From assembly GCA_964525635.1 (NCBI GenBank), contig CAZGJX010000017.1, positions 1-47,844 on the forward strand: DNA of 47,844 bases, in the 5' to 3' direction. The stretch's first letter is position 1. Each line of letters begins with the position of its first letter. This stretch comes from an uncultured archaeon. GTDB lineage: Archaea; Asgardarchaeota; Lokiarchaeia; Sigyniarchaeales; SOKP01. The position numbers and the translations under genes were made by a program. The notes under the pieces are model-generated. The model did no database searches. It saw only the letters and a list, made by a program, of their open reading frames with translations, and was not told the DNA's origin. Positions 10,254 through 19,337 of this stretch are shown here, piece by piece.

Positions 10254-11690
10254 TTGATTATATTGATAATAAAAAATTTTTCTCAATTAATTTCCAAAAA
10301 TTTACTAAATAAACAGACTGAACTTAGAAAAATAGGCTTAAACTGTATAGAGATTGCTATAGACACTATTAAACCAGAAAAATTAGTTAAAAATTCTGTA
10401 AAAATAATTGGAGAAAATTTGAAAATTCAAAAAGATCTATTTAACCTTAGAAAATTTAAAAATATTTATATAATTGGTGGGGGTAAAGCAACAGCTGATA
10501 TGGCTCTTTCATTAGAGGATATATTAAAAAATATCAAACTAAATCTTAATTATAAAGGATACATCAATATTCCAGAAGAGTTAGAATTTGGTCAATCTGG
10601 GCTCTCAGATAAAATTACCTTTAATTATGCTTCACATCCAATTCCAAATGAAAGAGGATTTATTGGGGTTAAAGAAATATTGAATATAGTTAAGAGAGCT
10701 AATGATAGCGATCTAATTTTCTGTCTTATTTCTGGTGGTGCCTCTTCTTTAATGCCTTTTCCTAGAAAGAATATAACTCTTGAAGATTTAAAAAAAATAA
10801 ATAGAGTACTTATAAAATCAGAAATCCCAATTCAAGAAATTAATATAATTAGGAAATATTTGTCAAATTTAAAGGGAGGTAAGTTATCAAAAATAATATA
10901 TGAATCAAGTAGAGCGACAATGATAGTTTTAATCATATCCGATGTTGTGGGTGATAGATTAGATTTGATAGGATCTGGTCCAACACTTCCTGATCCTACT
11001 AATAGCAAAGATGTTATTAGAATTTTAGAAAAATACAAATTACTAGAGAATATTCCCAAATCAATAAGAATCATATTTACTGATAGATTTAAAAAAAAAA
11101 ATCTTGAAAATCCAAAACAAAATGATCCTTGTTTTAAAAATGTTCATAATTACTTAATTGGTAGTGTTAAATCCGCTTTAAATGAGATTAATAAATATTT
11201 ATCAATAAAAGGATATTATACTATTTATTTCACAGATTTTTTATCAGGAGAAGCTAAAAAATTTGGTCAAAACCTTTATAAATATATAAAAGAGATAGCT
11301 GAAGATAAAATCTATAAAAAATATAATCGAATTGCTCTGATTGGATCAGGAGAATTAACTGTTAAAATACAAGGAGAGGGTATTGGAGGAAGAAATCAGG
11401 AGATGTTACTAAGTTTCTTAGAATATATAAAAAAGAAAAAAATCAATTATAATCTTTTAATAATAGGGGCAAATTTAGATGGAATTGAGGGTAATAGCAA
11501 TGCTATGGGTGCTTTAGTTGATAATCATGTTATTTCTGTTGTTAATAATTCAAACCTAAATTTGCATGAATATCTTAGAAATAATGATTCGAATTGTTTC
11601 TTTAAATTAATTGGTACTGAAATAATATCAGGTTCAACTGGATGTAATGTTAATGATATAATTATAATACTTATTTTAAGAAATAATTGA
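10254..11690 (+). CDS. Glycerate 2-kinase (MOFRL family)
   Basis: Motifs GGGKA, ASHPIP, ISGGASSL, SDVVGD, GGRNQE, DGIEG and TGCNVND. Confidence 0.9.
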   Translation: MIILIIKNFSQLISKNLLNKQTELRKIGLNCIEIAIDTIKPEKLVKNSVKIIGENLKIQKDLFNLRKFKNIYIIGGGKATADMALSLEDILKNIKLNLNYKGYINIPEELEFGQSGLSDKITFNYASHPIPNERGFIGVKEILNIVKRANDSDLIFCLISGGASSLMPFPRKNITLEDLKKINRVLIKSEIPIQEINIIRKYLSNLKGGKLSKIIYESSRATMIVLIISDVVGDRLDLIGSGPTLPDPTNSKDVIRILEKYKLLENIPKSIRIIFTDRFKKKNLENPKQNDPCFKNVHNYLIGSVKSALNEINKYLSIKGYYTIYFTDFLSGEAKKFGQNLYKYIKEIAEDKIYKKYNRIALIGSGELTVKIQGEGIGGRNQEMLLSFLEYIKKKKINYNLLIIGANLDGIEGNSNAMGALVDNHVISVVNNSNLNLHEYLRNNDSNCFFKLIGTEIISGSTGCNVNDIIIILILRNN

Positions 11691-11797
11691 ACTAACACTC
11701 CCTAAAGGAAGTGGCCTTCTTGTAATTAATTGGTAAAAAAATTCTAAATTAGAATAACCAAAATAAACATATTATTTACCAAGAAACCAGCCGACTC
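11687..11797 (-). mobile_element. IS200/IS605-family right-end remnant (hairpin plus TTCAA end)
   Basis: Minus strand reads CAAGAAGGCCACTTCC-TTTA-GGGAGTGTTAGTTCAA, the typical subterminal hairpin and TCAA-type end; a GC-richer island between convergent genes. Confidence 0.55.
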
Positions 11798-11799
11798 TA

Positions 11800-12228
11800 T
11801 CATGAGAAGTAATCCAACATCTCATCTTTAAATTCTTGAAATTTTTGTACTTCGGTAAAATCTTCACCTGAATACTTCTGGACAAAATAAGGAATAACAA
11901 AATCTAATTTTTCATAAAACTTCTTTACAAATCTATCTGAATTTCGTTTTCTCTTAGTTAATCCATATATTATGAAGGGTTCTTTCATGTTACTATCCCC
12001 TGCATGAACTTCACCTATTTTAAAAATAAACAAGTAATTCTGCATTTCTAAATATTCTAAAGAACAATTTTTAAATGTTGATTGAGCATAACTACTAATT
12101 GCTGAAATAAATGCCCCTCTTAAATCATCAACAATACTATTAGAATCTAGATTTGGATTATTTTTAAATTTATGATTTAATATCACAAAACCACGAAAGA
12201 CTATTCCTATTTCAAATAGATTTATCAT
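11800..12228 (-). CDS. Longin-like domain protein
   Basis: N-terminal beta strands, helix DDLRGAFISAISSYAQ, then beta strands and a C-terminal F..F helix, the pattern of Asgard longins. Confidence 0.6.
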   Translation of the reverse strand: MINLFEIGIVFRGFVILNHKFKNNPNLDSNSIVDDLRGAFISAISSYAQSTFKNCSLEYLEMQNYLFIFKIGEVHAGDSNMKEPFIIYGLTKRKRNSDRFVKKFYEKLDFVIPYFVQKYSGEDFTEVQKFQEFKDEMLDYFS

Positions 12229-12650
12229 AGTAATCTCAATTATTTATTGATTTAAGAATGGAATTTTCTTATAACTATTATTTTAAATAAAAAAATTTAT
12301 CTTAATAATTTTATCTAACTTTATAATAATTATTTTTTTTACAAAAATACCTTATTATCTTTAATGCTCACCTCTAAATCCTTATATGATATAAAAATTC
12401 AAGATTACTCAATTTAGTCTATCATAATCAGAAGATTCACCAAATTATACAATTATAAAAAATATAAAAAATAGAGATTATCAACTTAGAAATTATCTTA
12501 ATAATCAGATATTTTAAATAGAATTAATTCTAACTTTTTAATAAGTAAATTTTTAATTACTAATTAGAATAATTCAAAAATATTTATTAGTTTAATAATA
12601 TTTAATTCTAAGAGAATTTAAATCAATATCACTAAATTAGGTAATAGTTT

Positions 12651-12899
12651 ATGAGTGATGATGAAGAAAGAATAACTAAATGTCCTTATTGTGGCTTGGA
12701 ACTTAGACATCCCTATTGGGCACATGTTCAACAAACTCATCCAGAAGAATATAAAAAAAAACAGACCTGGATTAATTTATATCAAGATTATAGAAGTATG
12801 GGAATGGATCAATCAATATGCTTCACGGTTATTGGAGAATTATTTAATGTGGGACCAGAAGAAGTTAAATTTTTCTTGGAGAAAAATAAAGAAATATAA
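12651..12899 (+). CDS. Small C2H2-type zinc-binding protein
   Basis: CPYC...WAHVQQTHPE motif; SD-like AGGT upstream. Confidence 0.75.
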   Translation: MSDDEERITKCPYCGLELRHPYWAHVQQTHPEEYKKKQTWINLYQDYRSMGMDQSICFTVIGELFNVGPEEVKFFLEKNKEI

Positions 12900-13079
12900 A
12901 ATCTCTTTTTATTTTAACTAAAGAATAAAATCCAATATATTAATAAAATTAATCAATATTTCTCTTTATCTTATTAATAGATATAATTAATTTGATTATT
13001 CTAATGATTTTAAGAGAACAATAATTTATATTAAAAAAAGAATAAAATAAAAAGCTATATTTTCAAACTTTAAAAAGTG

Positions 13080-13367
13080 TTAAAATTCTTCTTCATCGGA
13101 ATCATCTTTTAGAAGACCTGATTGTTTTAAAAGATCTTCAATAGTGTCTTTTGCTTTAATAACTTGTTCATTTTCAGCAAGATTTAATTTATTTATAACA
13201 GAATCAGAAAATTCCATAAATTTTTTTATTGATTGAGAGGAAAAATCTTTTACCTTTTCTTGGGTTTTTTCAATAAATTCTTTGCCAGAATCACCAAAAA
13301 CTTTACCAACAAAATCAACGAGATTTTTATTTAATTTTTCAATAATATTTTCTTTTTCTTCACTCAT
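13080..13367 (-). CDS. Small helical hypothetical protein
   Basis: 95 aa, SD AGGAG upstream, acidic C-terminus. Confidence 0.75.
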   Translation of the reverse strand: MSEEKENIIEKLNKNLVDFVGKVFGDSGKEFIEKTQEKVKDFSSQSIKKFMEFSDSVINKLNLAENEQVIKAKDTIEDLLKQSGLLKDDSDEEEF

Positions 13368-13516
13368 GATAATTTACTCCTTTAGAAAATTACCTTGTTT
13401 AAAATAAAGTTCCAATTTTTAAATAACTTTATTAAAATACTCTATAATGAGTTTTTATAATTAAAAAATTAAACAAATAAAAAAAAACTTTATTTAGTAC
13501 TAAAATTATAGTAATT

Positions 13517-13640
13517 CTATATTAATAGATTTGTAAATTCTTTCGCAAAAGCTCTTATTCGGGCCCAATCTCTAAATTCATATTCTTTATCTTCTAGAGG
13601 AACTTTATAATCTCTTTTTGAAATTGATTTCTGTTGATAT
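13517..13640 (-). pseudogene. C-terminal remnant of a flavodoxin (HemG-like) gene
   Basis: Reads ...EDKEYEFRDWARIRAFAKEFTNLLI*, matching the 'D/E-x-R-D-W-x-x-I-x-x-F/W-A' C-terminus; no start codon and an in-frame stop upstream. Confidence 0.55.
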
Positions 13641-13814
13641 TAAAACATATAAATAAGAATATTATAAAAAGAGAATGTTTTTCAGTATTTGTGTACAAAA
13701 TTAAGAATATTGAACTTTATAAGTAAGTTCTTTTATAATTATAATGATAACAGGGATGCTTTTTGTTATTAATTAGTTATCAAAATTAATTTATTAATTA
13801 AAAAAAAAGACCTT

Positions 13815-14378
13815 ATGACTGACATAAATAAAATTTTCATGAAAATTTCAGCCAATCATGGAAGTAAAAATGCTAAATTTGCTATAGATAAGCAAAAGGA
13901 AAACAATAAAAAACAATTAATAAATTTTATTGAATTCATTGTTATGAATCTTCAGGCGGAATTGGAAAGGTTGTCTGGATTTACCTTAGGGCAATTAAAA
14001 ACTCAAGAGATTGGTAGTCATATTGTCTTAATAATAGAAGAATATTTAAATAAAGTTATATATCTTTTAGAGATAGAAAAAGAAGAAGGCCCCTATCTTG
14101 AAGACTTTCTTTATCATTTAATGGAAAAATACTTGGAAAAAATAAATCTTAGCAATAATGCAGAAATCATTACTCAAAAATTATCTGATCTTAACTTAAT
14201 TCATGATTTTCACATATTTGTCGATAATATAAAAGAACTTGAATTAAATGAGAAAAATAGAATCTTAACATATTTAACTATGTTAAATATTAAGAGAAGG
14301 ATTGATAGGAGATTATTTTTACCTAGTACTAAAACTAAGATATCAAATTTATTTGAAGGTAAGTTTAGTAAAAAATAA
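13815..14378 (+). CDS. Hypothetical helical protein
   Basis: 187-aa ORF with ATG start. Confidence 0.65.
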   Translation: MTDINKIFMKISANHGSKNAKFAIDKQKENNKKQLINFIEFIVMNLQAELERLSGFTLGQLKTQEIGSHIVLIIEEYLNKVIYLLEIEKEEGPYLEDFLYHLMEKYLEKINLSNNAEIITQKLSDLNLIHDFHIFVDNIKELELNEKNRILTYLTMLNIKRRIDRRLFLPSTKTKISNLFEGKFSKK

Positions 14379-14454
14379 CATTGAATAAAAAATTGAATTT
14401 TCAAATATATGAAATCATATATTCTATAAATTTACATCTAAATTAGATAATCCT

Positions 14455-15252
14455 CTATTCTGGAGTATTTTTGAATACTTTATTGTAAATACTATTTTTA
14501 ATACATGCTTTGACACATTTTCCACACACATCATGTTCTAAACCAAGTGAATAAATATATTTTCTGCAATTCTCTCTGTAATCGATTAAACCATACTTAT
14601 TATTCAAGAATTGACATACCTCTAAACATTCCCTACACGCACCACATTTACTATCTTTTTTTTTCCCTTGTATAATTGGTATATTTATTAAAATAGAAGC
14701 TAATCTAACTCCCGGACCAAATTGTTCTGTTATTAACAATTCATTTTTTCCACGCCATCCAATACCTGCATGTTCCGCAACAAGTCGATGTGAAATAGTT
14801 TTTGGAAAATAATCAATTACATTCGATACTTCTTTGGTAGGCGTCTCAGTTGTAGGTGGAATCGCATAACCCCCAAATTTTCTTGCTATTTTTAAGCTTA
14901 TCTCTTTTAACAAAATATTTAAATGATGATATTCCTGTCCATATTTATTCCAACTTTCTTTATCTATTTTTCCATATGTTTTATGATTAATACAATCAAT
15001 TATATCTTCATAATAAAATATTCCGATGCAAATGATTGAGCCTGATGATAAGAATTCATTGAATCGAGATTGAAGGAATATTCTAAGTCTTTTTTGTTGA
15101 TTAGGAATTAGATTATTATAGACTGAACTAAATTTAGCAACTCCAAAAATACCTCTATAATTTATTTTTTTAAGATAATTTTTAAAAAACTTATCAATTT
15201 TTGCGTTATTTATCCTTTTTTTCTCTATTTTAACTTCATTCATCAGAATCAA
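14455..15252 (-). CDS. Epoxyqueuosine reductase (QueG)-like Fe-S protein
   Basis: SHRLVAEHAGIGWRGKNELLI, GPGVRLASIL, CGACRECLEVC and CGKCVKAC. Confidence 0.8.
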   Translation of the reverse strand: MILMNEVKIEKKRINNAKIDKFFKNYLKKINYRGIFGVAKFSSVYNNLIPNQQKRLRIFLQSRFNEFLSSGSIICIGIFYYEDIIDCINHKTYGKIDKESWNKYGQEYHHLNILLKEISLKIARKFGGYAIPPTTETPTKEVSNVIDYFPKTISHRLVAEHAGIGWRGKNELLITEQFGPGVRLASILINIPIIQGKKKDSKCGACRECLEVCQFLNNKYGLIDYRENCRKYIYSLGLEHDVCGKCVKACIKNSIYNKVFKNTPE

Positions 15253-15361
15253 GATTTATTATTAGTTTTAAATAAAATTTTTTAATATTTTTTAAAAAAT
15301 TATATAGATTTAAAATCTATATAGGTTTGTCTTTAAAATAAAATTAATATACTTATACTTC

Positions 15362-18111
15362 TCAATTTAAATCTTCTGATATTGGTAATGAAATAAAAAA
15401 GGTTGTTCCCTTCATTCTTCCTTCTGACTCCCGCCAAATATTACCACTATGTAATTCAATAATCTTTTTAGTAATATATAAGCCAAATCCAGATCCTTCA
15501 TCTAAAATATCCATTCCTTGTCCGTAACGCTCAATTTTTCCAAACCTTTTGAAAATTTTATTTTTTTCATCTTCTGAAAAACCTATTCCATTATCTTTAA
15601 ATGAAATTATCATTTTATTCTCAATGAATTTTGACTCAATATCGATTTTGCCATTTGGAGGTGTATATTTAATAGCATTTGATATAATATTATACAGCGC
15701 TTTTTTCATTGTTTTTTTCTCTATATTAATTATCAAATTAGGATTCAGATTGAGAGTTATTTGATGATCTCTCTGATTTATATATTTTCTTAGGCGATCT
15801 ACACATGCAGATATTAATTCAGAAATATTATATTTAACTTTCTCTAATCTTAATAAATCTGATTTAAGTTCTGTTGCTATAATAATATCATTAATAAGTT
15901 CTTCTAAACGAGAACACCCTACTTCAATTCTTTCTATTATTGAATAAATTTCTTTATTCAATTTATCTTTGAAGCAAGTTAATATTAATTCTGTAAAGCC
16001 TTTTATAGAAACTAAAGGAGTTCTTAATTCATGGGATGTTCTATTAATTATCTCCGTTTTTAATTGATTTAATTTGTTTAACTCTTTCTCTGCTTTTTTT
16101 CGTGATGTTATATCAATATTAACTCCTAAAATTCCAGTTATGATTTCTTTTCTTTTGATTGGAGATATAATATTGTATATAAATTTTTCATCCTCTCCAA
16201 CTTTAAACTTAACCTCATTCTGAATAGTTTCACCTGAAAAAGCTTTTTCATTGTTATTTTGCCAAATTTCCAAAATATCATTATTTGGAGCTACATCTTG
16301 AGGTTTTTTTCCAATTATATCTCCCTAATTTTTCTTGCATATGGCATTTTGCATTGTATACTCTCCTTTAGTATTTAAAGCAAAAAAATCGGGTGCGTAC
16401 AAAATTCAGTGATGGAAGAATATATTCTTTTATTAAATTATAATTTTAGGAGAAATATTCTAAAATAAATCAATTTATGCATTTTTATCACTAACATTTG
16501 TACCTACCCAAAAAATCAAATGGTAAGCTTTCTATAGCTGTTCGTAATTTTATTTCACTTTCTTGAAGTGCTATTTCTGCTTTTTTTTGTTTTCTAGCAT
16601 CAAGAACATAGCTGAAAAGAGCGGATTTCTTATTTAATTCAATAATCTTTGTAAATACATCTACTATCTTAATTTCTCCAGATTTGGTAATAATACGATA
16701 GGTGAAGAGTGGGGATACATCTTTTGCTTCTTGTTGTGCACTAATACGATTTATAGCTTTGATTCTATCATCAGGTGTATATTATTTAGTATATCTTCTT
16801 TTGTCCATTTCATCATTTCCTCAATTGAATATCCTGCTATATTTGATTCTGCATTATTTAAATAAAGAATTCTGCTATTTTTTATAATAATAATCCCAAT
16901 AAGAGATTGATCTGCTATTGTTCTAAATTTTTCTTCAGATTCCTTTAATTTAAGTTCTATTTCCTTTCCTTTAGTAATATCACGATCAATACCTCGAAAT
17001 CCTAATAAAATTCCTTTATTATCAATTATAGGAACACCACTTGTTTCCAATGTTATATATCGACCATCTTTATGTAAATTAATATTCTCAAGTCTCTCGA
17101 ATGGTTTCTGAGATTTTATTATATCTAAGAAATAAGATTTTATTCGTTCTACTTCTTCTTGAGGCATAAAGTCGAATGGTGATTTACCAATAATTTCCTC
17201 TGGTTTATATCCTAAAAGATCATATACTTTTGGACTACAATAGGTGTAAATACTATTTTGATCCACTTCCCATATCCAGTCATTAATTGTTTCAACAAAA
17301 TTACGATATTTTTTTTCAGATTCTCTTAATTTTTGTTCAATTTTCTTATAATCAGTAATCTCTAATACCACTTCCGCAACTCTATCAATGCTTCCATCAG
17401 GATTTGGTAAAGGTGAGGATATAATTTCATAAAATCTTCCATCTAAACCCTTTAATTTCGATCTTTCTATTCTATTATTCTCGATCGCCTTTATCATAGG
17501 ACAATATTCACAAGGTTTATTCAATCCCATATATTTTTGATAACATAAAAATCCAACAAGATCTCCAAACTTCTCTTTTAAAGTCTTATTTTGGAACAGA
17601 ATATTAAAATTAATTCCAACAATATCAACGCCTATTCCTATTCTATTTAAACCATCCATTAAAGATTTATGTGTTTCAGCAATTTTTCTCAGTTCTTTTT
17701 CTCTTTCTAAATTATTTTCTTCTTTTCTATATTCTCTTATTATTAGAATGTAATTTCACTGTTCTTTATTTTTTGAATTAGTCCTCCCTTTATTTCATAA
17801 GTGATGAATTGATTATAGACACCTTTCATTTTTAATTTTAAAGAAAAAAATTTATTATTTTTACATTGCTTTAAACTCTCCTTTAATAGATCAATATCCT
17901 TATCATGAATATTATTAAAAATATTCCTTTCAAGAATATCACTTTTAGAATGGCTTAGACTATTTAAAAGAGAATTATCATTAAAGTATATAATATTAAA
18001 ATTTTTATCAATAATTATTATTAAATCATTTAAATTTTCAAAAATTATCCTACCTTCATTAGGCATGTCCCAATTAGATGGAATCTCTACTTCCAAAAAG
18101 ATCTCCTCCAA
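15362..18111 (-). pseudogene. Multi-PAS sensor histidine kinase, fragmented
   Basis: PAS pieces at 17743-18111, 16751-17659 and about 16518-16750, then the kinase domain (SHELRTPL, NAIKYT, DNGIG, GSGFGL). Disrupted by frameshifts near 17700-17760 and about 16770, a MITE at 16391-16509 and an in-frame TAG at 16325-16327. Confidence 0.88.
16391..16509. mobile_element. 119-bp MITE with 23-bp imperfect TIRs and an 8-bp TSD
   Basis: Left end GGGTGCGTACAAAATTCAGTGAT versus right end (reverse complement) GGGTAGGTACAAATGTTAGTGAT, 18/23 identical. AAAAAATC is duplicated at 16383-16390 and 16510-16517; removal restores ESLPFDFFALN in frame. Confidence 0.9.
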
Positions 18112-18329
18112 AAAATCTCTTATAAGATTTAATTTTGGATAAAATATACAACGAAATAGATAAATGTCGGATATTTAAACATTTGTTTAATAAAAATTAG
18201 GGATTTTTAAATAAATTAATTAATTCCTTTTTTATGTGCTTTTTTTTAATTAATATGATGAATAAAATGATGTATTTAAAATTTAAAAGAAAAAATAAAA
18301 TTAAAAATACAAAATTATTTAATTAAAAG

Positions 18330-18713
18330 TTAGATATCTAAAATTCTCCATATTACATCCCACTTATTATTGTTCAAGGAAAAAATAAATACTTCTTCAC
18401 CTTTCTGATTGAATTTTTCATTATTGGATATATATTCTATTTCAAAAGAGTATTTCACTATAGTTGTATTTCCAAATTCATTGATTAATGGATTAAATTG
18501 CTTAAATTTATCAATTTTAGCATTACTATTAAATATTTCATAACTTTTTATGCATGCATTCCTTCCCTCTCCTAAAATTTGAAATGAAGAATCTGAAAAA
18601 ATTATATTTTCATGGAAAAGATTATTTAAATTATTCAAATTATCATAAATCCATGAGTTACTAATTTCTTGCACTAACTTCCAGAAAAAATTATTTTCAA
18701 AATTATAGGACAT
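18330..18713 (-). CDS. NTF2/SnoaL-like (DUF4440-type) protein
   Basis: Pattern LFHENIIF...GRNACIKSY...FGNTTIV...WDVIW; starts 1 nt after the kptA stop. Confidence 0.75.
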   Translation of the reverse strand: MSYNFENNFFWKLVQEISNSWIYDNLNNLNNLFHENIIFSDSSFQILGEGRNACIKSYEIFNSNAKIDKFKQFNPLINEFGNTTIVKYSFEIEYISNNEKFNQKGEEVFIFSLNNNKWDVIWRILDI

Positions 18714-18714
18714 T

Positions 18715-19275
18715 TTAATCTATTTTTCTTTTATATATTGATATAAACTTCGGTGGTATATAATCTGCTAGATAAATTTCATGTGATTTATAGAACTTAA
18801 ATCCTTCACTTTTAGCTTTAATTACATCGATCTCAAGGATAATTGGATTTTTAACTCTTCTTCCACCAACAAGTTTAGCAGTTTCAATATCTTCTGATAA
18901 ATGAACATATTGGCGTTTTTTCTTTTTTAGACCTTCTTGTATTATAGATAAATACGCTTGTTTTGCTGTTCCATGATAAAGCTTATTAGGAGGATTTTCT
19001 ATTTCAGGCATTTCTATTTTCTTATTTATACTATGGCCATAAACAGCTCGTATTTTATTATGTATAATCTCAAATCTTATTTTATCTGAATTCTTAATGA
19101 TATCAAATATTAATTGCTTAGTTATTTCGATTTCTCTGTATCTTTCATTGAGAATATCCAATATTTTTTCAAGATCAGTAAACCCTTTTGAATCTAATTG
19201 AATATTAAACTTTTCAGGATGATGTCTTAGAATATAAGATAAAAATTTAGAAATACTAACATACAATTTCTTCAT
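18715..19275 (-). CDS. kptA: RNA 2'-phosphotransferase (Tpt1/KptA)
   Basis: Motifs SKFLSYILRH, RFEI, IRAVYGHS, LYHGT and RQYVHLS. Confidence 0.93.
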   Translation of the reverse strand: MKKLYVSISKFLSYILRHHPEKFNIQLDSKGFTDLEKILDILNERYREIEITKQLIFDIIKNSDKIRFEIIHNKIRAVYGHSINKKIEMPEIENPPNKLYHGTAKQAYLSIIQEGLKKKKRQYVHLSEDIETAKLVGGRRVKNPIILEIDVIKAKSEGFKFYKSHEIYLADYIPPKFISIYKRKID

Positions 19276-19337
19276 AATTGAGATAACTAGAATATTTTTA
19301 ATTAAGAAAAGAATAATATAATGATAAAAAACTTTTT

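Noticed and set aside
18715-19275. kptA or the Sm gene as dedicated partners of the pyrG intron
   Set aside because: They lie 25-43 kb away, both are widespread in archaea, and RtcB-type ligation does not leave a 2'-phosphate
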